64,000 nt of DNA. Source: a virus. Location: positions 1-64,000 of IMG/VR virus record IMGVR_UViG_3300042876_000313. One strand, given 5' to 3'. Each line of letters begins with the position of its first letter. The first letter of the stretch is position 1. The notes below the pieces were generated by a model. The model was not told the origin of the DNA and made no database searches. It worked only from the letters and a program-made list of their open reading frames with translations. This document shows, piece after piece, positions 16,934-26,528 of this stretch. Position numbers and translations under genes: made by a program.

Positions 16934-18210
16934 TGGTTCAGGTAGGCTTTGATGAACTCCGCCGCGACTTGGGGGACTATGGAATTTCCGTACCCCCTGA
17001 GTCGCATGACGGCTGCTTCACCGCATCTTTCAGCAACAATTTCCGGTTGGCGATCACCGCGCTTACGCACCACTCGGTCGGAAACCCTTGCAAATAACAG
17101 GGGAAGGCCGGGTTTAACGCGCCGGGCCTTTCCGTCGCGGCAGGGGAGCCAGATGGCATTGTCCCACGCGCCTGGTTGCCGAGTCCTTGGGTCACATTCA
17201 CCGCGTTCGTCCCCTTGCACGGCGCATCCGGCATCGTGTCCGGTGTTCTCCATCCGTCCACCGCCATCGCGGCTTGTCTCGGCAACTGGTCGAGCCGTTC
17301 CCGTGTCGAGCCGTCCGGGTTCACGCCTTCCGTCGCCATCCCCGGCGTGTCCTTCCAGTCGCGGCTGCTCGGGCTCGCCCATCCACTCAGCATCTTGACA
17401 TCCGTGGCGAGGTTGGTTTGCAGCACCCGGCCCGTCTTGGTGTTCACCCATTTCTCGCCCCGGCGTTCCAAGTCCGCGCTCGTCTCCCCCGCGCTGCCCT
17501 CGCTGGACGGGGTTGGCCAGCCTGCCATCTCCACCTGATTCGCCAGCGGAACCGTTCCGTGAGCGCACTTTCTTGGGTAGAATGTCCGCTCGTTGGCCTC
17601 CGGTGTGTGCCACCCCGCCATCGCAACCGCACTCAACGACGGCCCCTTGTTCCGCGCAACTTCCGCTTCCGCACCCGCAATGCTTCGGCCGCCATTCCCC
17701 GCGTTCGCATCGGGACTCGGCCACCCAGTACAATCGCTGCCGGATGTGCGGCGCGCCGACAGCCCCAGCGCCAAGTACCGCCGCCCCGATGGTGTAACCT
17801 TCGCCTTCACAGTCGTCGCATATTCTATCGAGCCACCCGTGGCCAATCGCTGAACTAACTTGCTCACCCATGACGGTGACAGGTTTGCACGCTTTGATGA
17901 GTCGGAACAAATGCGGCCATAAATCTCTTTCGTCCGTGATGCCTTTTTGCTGGCCGGCGGATGAGAAGGGTTGACAGGGGCAACTTGCAAACCAAATAGG
18001 TCGAGTTGTTGGCCATCCGGCGAGTTTAGCTGCGTATGCCCAGCCTGAAATTCCGTTGAACAGGTGGACTTGGGTGTAGTTTTTGAGTTCATCTGGTTGA
18101 ATGTCGGTTATGGATTTGCAGACGACATCGCCTGCGGGAATGAGTCCGGCGCGGATGAGTTCTTCCGTCCACGCGCAGACTTTAGGATCGTTGTCATTGT
18201 AATAATTCAC
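16930..18210 (-). CDS. C5 cytosine DNA methyltransferase, alpha-type polypeptide
   Basis: HLFNGISGW (motif I), PCQPFS (IV), GEQV (VI), HIRQRLYW (VIII), RLRGYGNSIVPQVA (X). GTG start at 18210. Confidence 0.85.
   Translation of the reverse strand: MNYYNDNDPKVCAWTEELIRAGLIPAGDVVCKSITDIQPDELKNYTQVHLFNGISGWAYAAKLAGWPTTRPIWFASCPCQPFSSAGQQKGITDERDLWPHLFRLIKACKPVTVMGEQVSSAIGHGWLDRICDDCEGEGYTIGAAVLGAGAVGAPHIRQRLYWVAESRCERGEWRPKHCGCGSGSCAEQGAVVECGCDGGVAHTGGQRADILPKKVRSRNGSAGESGGDGRLANPVQRGQRGGDERGLGTPGREMGEHQDGPGAANQPRHGCQDAEWMGEPEQPRLEGHAGDGDGRREPGRLDTGTARPVAETSRDGGGRMENTGHDAGCAVQGDERGECDPRTRQPGAWDNAIWLPCRDGKARRVKPGLPLLFARVSDRVVRKRGDRQPEIVAERCGEAAVMRLRGYGNSIVPQVAAEFIKAYLNQ
16977..18092 (-). CDS. Nested out-of-frame beta-type polypeptide of the cytosine MTase
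   Basis: 371-codon alternative frame with repeated W-x-[ST]-P units and LNPAFPCYLQGFPTEW (motif IX region, missing from the alpha frame). Confidence 0.7.
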   Translation of the reverse strand: MNSKTTPKSTCSTEFQAGHTQLNSPDGQQLDLFGLQVAPVNPSHPPASKKASRTKEIYGRICSDSSKRANLSPSWVSKLVQRLATGGSIEYATTVKAKVTPSGRRYLALGLSARRTSGSDCTGWPSPDANAGNGGRSIAGAEAEVARNKGPSLSAVAMAGWHTPEANERTFYPRKCAHGTVPLANQVEMAGWPTPSSEGSAGETSADLERRGEKWVNTKTGRVLQTNLATDVKMLSGWASPSSRDWKDTPGMATEGVNPDGSTRERLDQLPRQAAMAVDGWRTPDTMPDAPCKGTNAVNVTQGLGNQARGTMPSGSPAATERPGALNPAFPCYLQGFPTEWCVSAVIANRKLLLKDAVKQPSCDSGGTEIP

Positions 18211-18557
18211 GCGACCGTCCCTCCACAGAGCCAGGCGCGTTTCCCGGTTTCGATGCCGCGCTTGGCCATGCACTCCTTGAATCGGGCGTTGAATTTCTTC
18301 AAGTCCTTCTGTGAGAAATCGCGGGGCTTGACGATTTTGCGGCGGCGTTTGAAAAAGTTCATGGTCTGGTGATTCCGTAGATGATCCAAGCGATGATTCC
18401 GGTGGAAATGCAGCCAGTGAACAGGCCGATGAAAAAAATGAGCAGGTTGGCGTCGCGCTGTTCGGCCTGGCATTGCTCGCAGAGGTTTTCCGGTTGGTTG
18501 GTCTTTTTCATAAACGGTCGGCAGACTCAGCACCCGGTCTGCCAGCGGTTTGGGTGG

Positions 18558-18843
18558 TCACTCGGTCGGTTTACCCATCGCGGCGGCGGGCGGCGGCGTG
18601 GTCGGCGCATTGGCCGGATCATCGGTCGGAAGCCCAGGAAGTTGCTCGGTCTTCGGCTTGGCCTTCGCCTTGCGCGGCCCACGCTTCTTGATCGGCCCCT
18701 TGAGAATCAGCCGCACCGATTCGTTGACCTGTTTCAGCTTCTTCTTGGCGGTCTTGGCTTCGGCCAGGATGCCTTCCAATCGCTGGGCCTCGGCTTGCAG
18801 CGGCGGCAGTTTGTCCAGTTCGTCTTTCGTTGGGATGTACATG
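18558..18843 (-). CDS. Small basic coiled-coil protein
   Basis: MYIPTKDELDKL...KKRGPRKAK; A-rich leader. Confidence 0.5.
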
Positions 18844-18882
18844 TGTTTGTTCTTTCTTCGTCCCGGCGTCATTGCCGGAAAT

Positions 18883-19128
18883 TCATTTGCACGTCTCGCA
18901 GAGCAACCGACCGTTCGCGTCCATGAACCCAGTCCCTTTCGCAACCAGGCAATAGCACTCCCGGCAGTAGTCCAGATCGTGGTTCTTCGCCACCAGCTTC
19001 GTCAACTCCATTCGCGGCCAGTCGGCGATCTCGCTCCCGGTAGGCTCTACGACTAGCGGATTGTTGTCCTTCATGGCCTTCGCGTAGGCCGTCAGGTCGC
19101 GCAAGAATTTGTCGAGTTTCGGGGTCAT
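18883..19128 (-). CDS. Hypothetical Zn-binding protein
   Basis: CREC...LCETC. Confidence 0.5.
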   Translation of the reverse strand: MTPKLDKFLRDLTAYAKAMKDNNPLVVEPTGSEIADWPRMELTKLVAKNHDLDYCRECYCLVAKGTGFMDANGRLLCETCK

Positions 19129-19135
19129 AAATCAA

Positions 19136-19807
19136 TCATTTTGCCAACCGATAAAACAGCATCGCGGGATTCTGGTTCGTGGACTCCACCCACGGCACCA
19201 GCGTTTCCGACTTTGACACCCTCCATCCCGCCGGGGAGTTTGTCAAGAATGACGACTGCCACGCCGGTTCAATGTCCAGTTCCCACGCCGTCACCGCGTT
19301 CGTTCCGCCGCGATCCACGTCGGCCATGAACAGCGTCCACTCCCCGGCCACCGGCATCCCCGCGAAGTCGCCCAGGCGATTGACCCTCGGCGAAGTGTCC
19401 GTAATCGTGGAAGGGTCGTCCATCCGCCCGTCCGGTTGCAGGCGCCCGGTCAAATTCGTCGCCGTGTGACTGTCCCCGGCGGCCCGGTCGTCGAATACCA
19501 CGTCCAACCCGCCATCCAGTCGGCCCCACGGGTTGCCCGCCGTCCGGCCCGTCCGGTTCAGAAGCACCACCAGGTTCGTCCGGCCCGGCGTCATGTTCCG
19601 CAGGTAGGCGTACAGATCACCGTTTGACTGGCCGGCGACCCGCACCCGGCAGGTCAACCGCGCAATCGTCCCCTCGTTCGTCACCGTCATCCGCAGCGAC
19701 CGCCCGCTTGCGCTCCCGTCCGGGATCGCCACACTCAGGTTCGTCGCAGAAAACGTCTGCGCCATCAAACCCGAACATACCAGCATCAGCATCATCGTTG
19801 TTTTCAT
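19136..19807 (-). CDS. Secreted proprotein-convertase P-domain protein
   Basis: Signal peptide; AIPDG, GDLYAYL, VLLNR, GEWTLF.AD motifs; C-terminal LFYRL as in Verrucomicrobia exported proteins. Confidence 0.75.
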   Translation of the reverse strand: MKTTMMLMLVCSGLMAQTFSATNLSVAIPDGSASGRSLRMTVTNEGTIARLTCRVRVAGQSNGDLYAYLRNMTPGRTNLVVLLNRTGRTAGNPWGRLDGGLDVVFDDRAAGDSHTATNLTGRLQPDGRMDDPSTITDTSPRVNRLGDFAGMPVAGEWTLFMADVDRGGTNAVTAWELDIEPAWQSSFLTNSPAGWRVSKSETLVPWVESTNQNPAMLFYRLAK

Positions 19808-19810
19808 AGT

Positions 19811-20077
19811 TCAACCTTTCCATTCTTCGGCGGACAAAAAGAGCCTCCGGGCGCGTTTGAATTTGTTCGCACCAAGCCATACCTCGTAAAATCCCTGCTG
19901 CTTGATGATCGAAACCCGGATGCCCCTTGTTTTCGCCGGCTTGTAAAATCGCGTGGCCTCGTCGAGACTGTCAACCCGGATGCAGTCCTTGGCCGTCAGT
20001 GAGGCCAATGCTAGGGCGAATTTGTGCTTGGCAATCTTCACAGGTCGGGGCGCGTTTCGGATGATCTGGATGCTCAT
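19811..20077 (-). CDS. Hypothetical small DNA-binding protein
   Basis: Basic 88-aa ORF in the replication operon. Confidence 0.5.
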   Translation of the reverse strand: MSIQIIRNAPRPVKIAKHKFALALASLTAKDCIRVDSLDEATRFYKPAKTRGIRVSIIKQQGFYEVWLGANKFKRARRLFLSAEEWKG

Positions 20078-20270
20078 AACGGTTGGCTTTTGTCTGCCCA
20101 GGAGTCCGGGCGATTGTCGGGTTTGGATTTAGGGCGTCGGCCACCGTGGCATTGCTCGCAGACAACGTGCTTGGACAGGCTTTCCAGCAGGTCGGCCAAA
20201 GACTGGCTGATGTTGTCCGGGACTTCAATCTCAATTTCCCGACCGCATTTGGCGCATGGGATTCGGTGAT

Positions 20271-20897
20271 TCATACGTTGAAGTCCGGGGCGTGGATTTC
20301 GCAGACGACCGAACTGTGGCGGATAAGACGGCTGATTATCCGGCTGTCCATTGTGGCGATCTGCTTAGTGGAAAGGTTGGTGGTGAACATCGTCCATTGT
20401 CCTTCACGCATGGACATCATCGTGTAAAGGTTGTCTGCGGAGAACCCGTTCGGGTCTCGCTCGGCACCGAAGTCGTCAATCACTACAAACGGCCAAAGCT
20501 GGATGTCCCGGAACCATTCCCACGCATCGCCGTTCCGCAGCCGGTTTATCACGTCCGGCCATTTCAAGAACTTCGGAAAGTATTGCTCTCGACCGGAGTT
20601 TCTCTCGAACCAGTCCGATCCTCTGATGGCCTCCCAAAGGCGACCGGCGCAATGGGTTTTCCCGATGCCAGAGTTTCCGCAGAGCGTCAACCAGCGCGGA
20701 GACAACCCTTCCTTCCACGCGGTTGAAAATCTAGCCACAGCGTCAATCATTGGCTCGATCTCCGAGCGCGGTTCAAGTTTTAACCACTTTGCCCACGTTT
20801 GCGTATTGATTTTCAAGTCCTTCATTGAGGGTTCCGATATTACGGTTAGCGCGGTTTGGAGCCGTTTGCTCATGGACTGGCATGGTTCGGTTGGCAT
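20271..20897 (-). CDS. DnaC/IstB-like AAA+ helicase loader (true start may be downstream, near 20825)
   Basis: Walker A GNSGIGKTH, Walker B VIDDFG, FTTNLS and RIISRL. Follows the initiator gene. Confidence 0.85.
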   Translation of the reverse strand: MPTEPCQSMSKRLQTALTVISEPSMKDLKINTQTWAKWLKLEPRSEIEPMIDAVARFSTAWKEGLSPRWLTLCGNSGIGKTHCAGRLWEAIRGSDWFERNSGREQYFPKFLKWPDVINRLRNGDAWEWFRDIQLWPFVVIDDFGAERDPNGFSADNLYTMMSMREGQWTMFTTNLSTKQIATMDSRIISRLIRHSSVVCEIHAPDFNV

Positions 20898-21609
20898 AAT
20901 ATTCGTGGAACTTAGTTGCGTTGAATAGGGTTTGAGGTCGGAGATATTCCATCATTTTCTCATCGGTTCCCCAGCGTTTGACTTGCCGGGTTATCATAGC
21001 CTTGATTCCATCGACATCGCCATTCACTTCTTTGAGCCGGCACATGATCGGCTTAAGGTGGCTGGCGCACTCGTGGTACTGGCGTCCGGCGGTTTCGTTT
21101 AGGAAGGCTATGAGGATTCGGGCTTTGGCAATATCGTTTTCCGGGATTTGGTCTGGCTCAGATTTCAACTCCAACTCGACAATAGATTCCTTTCCATTCC
21201 CTGATCCTTTCCCTGTTCCATTCCCGCCTGGAACGCTATTGGAAGATTCTTGGAATGTTCTTGGAATGTTCTTGGAATTCTTCACAAGTTCCTCAAGTTT
21301 AGACTTTTGCGGTTTGTCAATTCGTTGGTGCTTCCTAAAATTGATGATTTTACCGACTTCCCGGCCATCTTCAAGCGCAAGCACTTCCAAATAGCCTATG
21401 CGGGAAAGCTCTTGGATGCTTACGAGAATGTTCTTGGAATCTTCTTGGAATGGAAAAAGGTTCCCCCGGATCAATGCCGGATTGCAGTTGAAGTACCCGG
21501 CGTCATCGGCGTAGTTCAGAAGTGCTAGGGCGAGCAGTCTTGTGAACGGCGGAAGGGCAGACATCAGTTCGTGCTGCCAAAACTCTGGCTTAACGGTTCG
21601 GATTCTCAT
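20773..21609 (-). CDS. Phage replication initiator with conserved phage C-terminal domain
   Basis: MRIRTVKPEFW...ADDAG...NFRKHQRIDKP N-terminus; FLNETAGRQY...YLRPQTLFNATKFHEY C-terminus. Confidence 0.85.
   Translation of the reverse strand: MRIRTVKPEFWQHELMSALPPFTRLLALALLNYADDAGYFNCNPALIRGNLFPFQEDSKNILVSIQELSRIGYLEVLALEDGREVGKIINFRKHQRIDKPQKSKLEELVKNSKNIPRTFQESSNSVPGGNGTGKGSGNGKESIVELELKSEPDQIPENDIAKARILIAFLNETAGRQYHECASHLKPIMCRLKEVNGDVDGIKAMITRQVKRWGTDEKMMEYLRPQTLFNATKFHEYYANRTMPVHEQTAPNRANRNIGTLNEGLENQYANVGKVVKT
21247..21452. repeat. Iterons of a lambdoid-type origin inside the initiator gene
   Basis: TTCTTGGAAT(G) x3 in tandem at 21247-21278 and x2 at 21431-21452. Confidence 0.7.
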
Positions 21610-22277
21610 AGTGATTCTCCCTTCGCTGAATTGCACGGGCGGCAAAGGGTTTGAAGATTGTCCAGGTCGTTGGTTCCGCCCTTCGACACTGGGATTATGT
21701 GGTCAATCGAAAGGCAGTCCATGCGCTTGCAGATTTTACACCGATGACCGTCGCGCTCAAAAACCTGTTTTCTGAGCCTTGAATCCGCGATGGCTTTATT
21801 GGCGGCGTCTCGACATGCCTCATATGTGGTTCCGCATTTTTCAGCCAGTTCGCTTTTTACAGTGTTGATCTTCTGCCAAAAAATCTCCATCTTATCAATC
21901 GCCATCTGAGCTTCGGATGCCTTTTTTAAGAAATCAGACCTAAGCCCAGCCATGAATTTTTCAAGCTCGTTAATCTTAACCCCAAGAGCAATCATTTTGT
22001 TCAACTGAGTGTTTTCGTTGTACCCATGAACATTTGCTGAGAAACCGTCAATGGCTCTAGCAACCACAATGTCTGACGGGCAAAACGACGGGTGGATTTC
22101 GCGGTCAGCTAAACGCTTAAAACAAGGGCCGCAAAGAGGAAGCCGGATGGGAGATTGAAGCCTTACTTGAATGCGAACGATTGAGATTGGCTTTTCAACC
22201 ATCATAACATCGGGCGTTGACTTACCGCAATATTGGCACGGAAACCCATGTGATTTATAAACTTTTGTTGATTGCAT
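21606..22277 (-). CDS. HNH endonuclease with N-terminal Zn finger and coiled coil
   Basis: RKQVFERDGHRCKIC...IDHIIPVSKGGTNDLDNLQTLCRPCNSAKG. Confidence 0.9.
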   Translation of the reverse strand: MQSTKVYKSHGFPCQYCGKSTPDVMMVEKPISIVRIQVRLQSPIRLPLCGPCFKRLADREIHPSFCPSDIVVARAIDGFSANVHGYNENTQLNKMIALGVKINELEKFMAGLRSDFLKKASEAQMAIDKMEIFWQKINTVKSELAEKCGTTYEACRDAANKAIADSRLRKQVFERDGHRCKICKRMDCLSIDHIIPVSKGGTNDLDNLQTLCRPCNSAKGESL

Positions 22278-22281
22278 AAAC

Positions 22282-22452
22282 AAAAAGGCGAACGCCGCGT
22301 GATAGACAGCTTTGGGCAGGAGAGCTTCCCAAAGGACACGCGGCGTTGCGCCAAATTCGTTCATTGCTGTTTGCATGGCTGTCTATTTCCAATGCGTCAC
22401 CCAAAAAATTCAGGTGACGCGCCAACATCGCACTTTACCGATAACGTGTCAA
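22282..22452 (-). promoter_or_regulatory. TTGACA promoter plus structured attenuator-like leader upstream of the HNH gene
   Basis: -35 at 22452-22447. Outer stem and inner TTTGGG/CCCAAA stem. Bulge GCTGTCTAT is complementary to upstream ATAGACAGC (22378-22386). Followed by a T-run. Confidence 0.55.
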
Positions 22453-22713
22453 GCTGGATGTTCGGTTGAGTGGTTGGATGGTTGCGGCGCCTGGTAGCCG
22501 GTCGTGGGGCTGTACGGATGTTTGACGAGGCGACCGTCAATTCTGGCCCAGCGGACGGATCGCGGGTGATTGGCGTGCTGTCGGCTCAGTGAGGCGCGGG
22601 AACGGGTGGTTTGGTGGGTGGTCATGGCTTCTGGGTCTTTCTTCGCCGGGTGGACGGTTTCCAGGTGATCCTGACGCCGGCACGTTTCAGGCTTTTGAGC
22701 GACTTCGCGGGCT

Positions 22714-22945
22714 TCATGTGATTTGGTCGAGCGTACCCCCGGCGTCGAGGAACTGTTGCAGGGGGATTTCGGTTTTGGTTGCGTGGATTTGGACACGGAC
22801 TCGGGTGATGTCTAGCAGCCACATCTCGCCGTTGGGTACGGTTCCGCAGACCAGGCTTTTGGTCAGGGCCGGGAAGTTTGGCCGGCGCAGGCACTTGACT
22901 GCCAGATCGGGCAACTGGTCGCGGTGGTAGGTGGCGGTTATCATG
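22714..22945 (-). CDS. Hypothetical protein (MITATYHRDQ...)
   Basis: Tight packing; GGAGG-like site upstream. Confidence 0.45.
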
Positions 22946-23204
22946 GATGGGTGGCCTCCTTGTTTTCGAGGGCGGCATCGGCCATGCGAATTGCTTGCCA
23001 ATAATCCGCGTCCCCGGTTTCAACTCTGTCCTCTGAATGATTTTTCAAATTTAGCATGACTTCCCGCAGATACCTGCACTCCTTTTCCTTGTCGGCCAGC
23101 GCGGCTTCGAGGCGTTCGATTTCGGCGGCGGCTTCAAGGCAGACGTTTGGCGACGAGTATTTAAGCCAAGCGACGGTTTTCAGTTTGTCAGCGTGTGTGT
23201 TCAC
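22941..23204 (-). CDS. Phage coiled-coil protein (EAAAEIERL family)
   Basis: CLEAAAEIERLEAAL motif. Confidence 0.6.
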   Translation of the reverse strand: MNTHADKLKTVAWLKYSSPNVCLEAAAEIERLEAALADKEKECRYLREVMLNLKNHSEDRVETGDADYWQAIRMADAALENKEATHP

Positions 23205-23379
23205 TTCCTCACTCCTTTCTTTTTGGGTTGGTGGCAGCGGCAGGTCTTTCCCTCACTTGGAAACATTCCAGCCCGATATGCAAGCGCCCCATCCACAGAA
23301 TCGGGTGTTGGTACGTTGCACGACCCAGGCCATCCTTTGTCTCTTGGTTTAGTAAACCACTTGCACGTCTTGCAGGTTT

Positions 23380-23733
23380 TCATTCTTCCCTCCACAGGTT
23401 TAGCGTTTTCAAAAGTGCCTCGCAGCGTTGTGGGGCGGTGGCGGTCAACAGTTCACCGGCCATTGGCCATGTCATTTTGTTGAAATATCCCGGCTCGACT
23501 TCATGGATTAGTGAAATCAACTCGTCAACGTAACGCTCAAAAACGTCTTGGGTGAGTTTCTTCTCCGCCTCATGCACCGCGTTCAGGTCGGCGTGGTAGT
23601 TGGGATGCTCACATTCAGATTCTGTTGCTTGTCCTTCCCAAACCCAAACAAACTCGTCGGGATAATCTGAATCTGGAATCTGTTTCCACCCGCACCACTC
23701 CGCGATGGCGATGTTTTGTTGTTCTGGTGTCAT
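23380..23733 (-). CDS. Phage NinX/DUF2591-like protein
   Basis: NIAIAEWCGW...PNYHADLNAVHEAEKKL...ATAPQRCEALLKTL. Confidence 0.6.
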   Translation of the reverse strand: MTPEQQNIAIAEWCGWKQIPDSDYPDEFVWVWEGQATESECEHPNYHADLNAVHEAEKKLTQDVFERYVDELISLIHEVEPGYFNKMTWPMAGELLTATAPQRCEALLKTLNLWREE

Positions 23734-24116
23734 GCTACCTCCTTAATCCGCTTGCCGCAGTAGGGGCAGAACGGGCGTTCGCTGTTTGTCTCAAGCGTTG
23801 TTTCCATTCCACATGTCGTATCAGATACGATGCAACCAAGCTTGGTTCTCCACTCGCAAAACTCGGAGGCGGAGAGTTCGGCAAGGAGGGCGTCGGCGGA
23901 TTTAACGCAATGCTCGCTAATGTTTCCATAGTGAACATCGGTTATGTTCACCATGTTCATTGACGCATACCATCCCTGCATCGACATCGCCGCGAGCAGT
24001 TCGCGTTTGGTGAGGCCGAGGCTTGCTGGTTCCCATCCTTGCTCCCACTGTCCAGTTGAGTCTCGTTGTTGTCCGTGCTGTTCAGGCACGGGATAAGCTG
24101 GTTCGTTCGGGTTCAT
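23730..24116 (-). CDS. Conserved phage hypothetical protein
   Basis: PAYP...GLTKRELLAAMSMQG...ADALLAEL plus a C-terminal CPYCG. Confidence 0.65.
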   Translation of the reverse strand: MNPNEPAYPVPEQHGQQRDSTGQWEQGWEPASLGLTKRELLAAMSMQGWYASMNMVNITDVHYGNISEHCVKSADALLAELSASEFCEWRTKLGCIVSDTTCGMETTLETNSERPFCPYCGKRIKEVA

Positions 24117-24339
24117 ATTTGGTTTCCTTTCTTAAAGTCGGCGCGGTTGTCAGCCGCCGCCAGTTTCCGTTCGTGGTCGGACTCGTCGGGTTCAGGATAC
24201 CACTCTGCGGCGTATTGCAGCTTGTGCAATCCAACTTCGATAGCGTTCAACATTTCGATTTGTTCGCTGCGAGACTGGTCTTTAACAAGCAGTTCGATTT
24301 CGTGCAGCATTTCCTTGACGGACGTTGCGTTTGTATGGG

Positions 24340-24966
24340 TCATGGCTTAATCCTCCTGAATTCCACCACCCACACCCAAGGATTCGCGTTCCACGAGCCG
24401 GGGCCGTTGATGGATTCCCAAAGTATTTCATAAAGCTGCTTATCTGTAAGCGTTTCGTCAAAGTCTCCGCACGCACCACTCCATTCATCGCGGACGCTCG
24501 AAATGCCTTCCGCTCGCGCATCCGCCTCGCTTATTTCCCGCAACCGCTCGACACGCACGCCGGTTATTTCCAGCGTGATCCTGGAGGCCCAGCGCGGCAT
24601 GAAGATTGAGGGGCGCAATCGTTCCTCGGTTTTTGGACGCGGCCTGAGCGGGTTATTCTCGCTCTGGTCGTCGGTTGCGGCGTAGCAGATTCCCCAGCCT
24701 TCGCCCATTGCTTCCTTGGTTGGCTTAGGGTGTGGCGATGAGTATTCTGAAAACCAGAAGGTTTCTTTCACCCAAATCTGGTCGCCGGGTTGTCCGCAGG
24801 GGCATTTGATTACCGAAACCCCATCAGACCACATGTTGCGCCTCTCGAATCCGCAAACCATCCCCGCGACTGGCTGCGGCTTGATAATCCGACGCGTCTG
24901 CGATTTGCTGCCGCCCAGAATCGCTCGTACCATCGGGCCGCTGAATAAAATCGGACGTGATTTCAT
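24340..24966 (-). CDS. Conserved phage protein, ASCH/PUA-like
   Basis: RPILFSGPMVRAILGG.K.QTRR...PSIFMPRWASRITLEIT.VRVERL...W.ANPWVWVVEF. Confidence 0.8.
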   Translation of the reverse strand: MKSRPILFSGPMVRAILGGSKSQTRRIIKPQPVAGMVCGFERRNMWSDGVSVIKCPCGQPGDQIWVKETFWFSEYSSPHPKPTKEAMGEGWGICYAATDDQSENNPLRPRPKTEERLRPSIFMPRWASRITLEITGVRVERLREISEADARAEGISSVRDEWSGACGDFDETLTDKQLYEILWESINGPGSWNANPWVWVVEFRRIKP

Positions 24967-25233
24967 TTCGGTTCCTCCGTCACGGTGAACGGTTTCCCCG
25001 GCGGCACGTCTGCCGGGCATAATGGTTGTTTGGTTTTCATCACACGTACCTTTCCAAGAATTTCGGCAGCGGGATACCAGCGCGTGCGGGTCTGGTTTTG
25101 TCCCGGTGACGAAGGATTTCAAGTTTCCGAGCGGTCTGCTGAACGCGCATTTGCTCGGCCATCTGTCCGCGTGACAGGATGTAATCGGCGGTGGCCATTA
25201 TGGCGACCATGTATTTGGTTGATTTCATAAGCA

Positions 25234-25593
25234 CTAGAACGGAACGCTAGACCCCTCTGGATCGCTCCCAGGATTGAACCCATCGGGATTCGCGGGATCA
25301 CCCAGCGGAACAGCCGGCGCAGTTCTCGGCGGTACTGACGGTTGAGACGACATCCGGTTTGACGGTTGACTGGCTGGTTGCGGAGACTGCCTTGGTTGGC
25401 CTTGTGGGGCGTCCTTGCGACGGAACCGCAAACCAAACCTCGGCCCTCTGCCTGGCTGATTCTCCCAGCAATCAACCCAGTATTGGACGCCACCGATCAA
25501 AGCAGAGCCTTGGTATTGCGAGTCCTGCTTACCTTCCCGCATACGAGTGTTCGGGAACAGCGATCCACTGTCAGGTTTTTGTTCGTAAGCCAT
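25234..25593 (-). CDS. Single-stranded DNA-binding protein (phage type)
   Basis: SGSLFPN...YQGSALIGG.QYWV..W core, P/Q-rich linker and PF C-terminus; adjacent to recombination genes. Confidence 0.65.
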   Translation of the reverse strand: MAYEQKPDSGSLFPNTRMREGKQDSQYQGSALIGGVQYWVDCWENQPGRGPRFGLRFRRKDAPQGQPRQSPQPASQPSNRMSSQPSVPPRTAPAVPLGDPANPDGFNPGSDPEGSSVPF

Positions 25594-25594
25594 A

Positions 25595-26524
25595 TTATTT
25601 CAACATCCACATTTCAGGTTGAACCGGAGTCCATCCATCAATCAGTCCGTTGGTATCGTACCCCGGCCATTCGTTTTTCTCAAGGCACCGGGCGTACCGG
25701 GCGAGAGCCAACTGGTATTCCACCCGGCCAATCGAGATGAATGAGGCCATGTCATCCTCACAATCGGACATGGTTCGGCGCCCAACTTCAAACGGTGCTT
25801 CGGACTCTTGGATTAGGTGGCGGAACTCTACCCGATCTTCGCCCGTCGCGGCCCGGTAAACGTCCAGGTACATGGCCCCTTGGTTGTGGTATCCCCACTT
25901 TTTAACCTCACGACCCCATGCTGAGTGCGATGCGTTGGTTCCAGTTTTAAAGTCGGCCAGAATTTTTCCAAGCTTTCCGTGCGCCTTGTCAGGCACCAGG
26001 TCAATCAGAATTTTAACCGGGACGACGATGCCCGTTTCGTCATCCCTGTAATCCGCCGTACAAAACACTTGATGCTTTGACGAATTAACGGCATCAGAAT
26101 TGATCGGGTCGCTCATCAAAATCTCAATAGCATCGCTGGCAGCGTCAAAAACGTCGCGCTTTACTACCATTCTCCCAGCGTCCTTCTGTTGCTGGTTCCA
26201 TTCCCGGCAGACCTTGGCATTATTGTTCCAATCCTTTTCCTCACTCTTTTCATTGGTGTAGGTTTCGGGCGTGATGGCGATCTTCGATTTAACCAAATGC
26301 GGTTGGAGCAGCATCATGTCGCACAACGCACCCCAATCCTTGCAATCCGAATCGTCCTCATGGAAACCGGCGATCCACTTGTGCGGGTTACGGGAGAAGA
26401 TTTGGAGTTCTGACCGGGACATGACGAATTTTGGATCGCCGCGCCGAAACTGGCTGTTGTGATAGACGCTCGGCTCAGTGTTCTCGCTGACGACCTTCGC
26501 GTTGGTGAATGGATTTTTGGTCAT
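25595..26524 (-). CDS. RecE/exonuclease VIII-like PD-(D/E)xK exonuclease
   Basis: YH...SRSEL, KILIDLV, LADFKT, YHNQGAMYLD, E.EAPFEV and WPGY. Confidence 0.85.
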   Translation of the reverse strand: MTKNPFTNAKVVSENTEPSVYHNSQFRRGDPKFVMSRSELQIFSRNPHKWIAGFHEDDSDCKDWGALCDMMLLQPHLVKSKIAITPETYTNEKSEEKDWNNNAKVCREWNQQQKDAGRMVVKRDVFDAASDAIEILMSDPINSDAVNSSKHQVFCTADYRDDETGIVVPVKILIDLVPDKAHGKLGKILADFKTGTNASHSAWGREVKKWGYHNQGAMYLDVYRAATGEDRVEFRHLIQESEAPFEVGRRTMSDCEDDMASFISIGRVEYQLALARYARCLEKNEWPGYDTNGLIDGWTPVQPEMWMLK

Positions 26525-26528
26525 ATCG

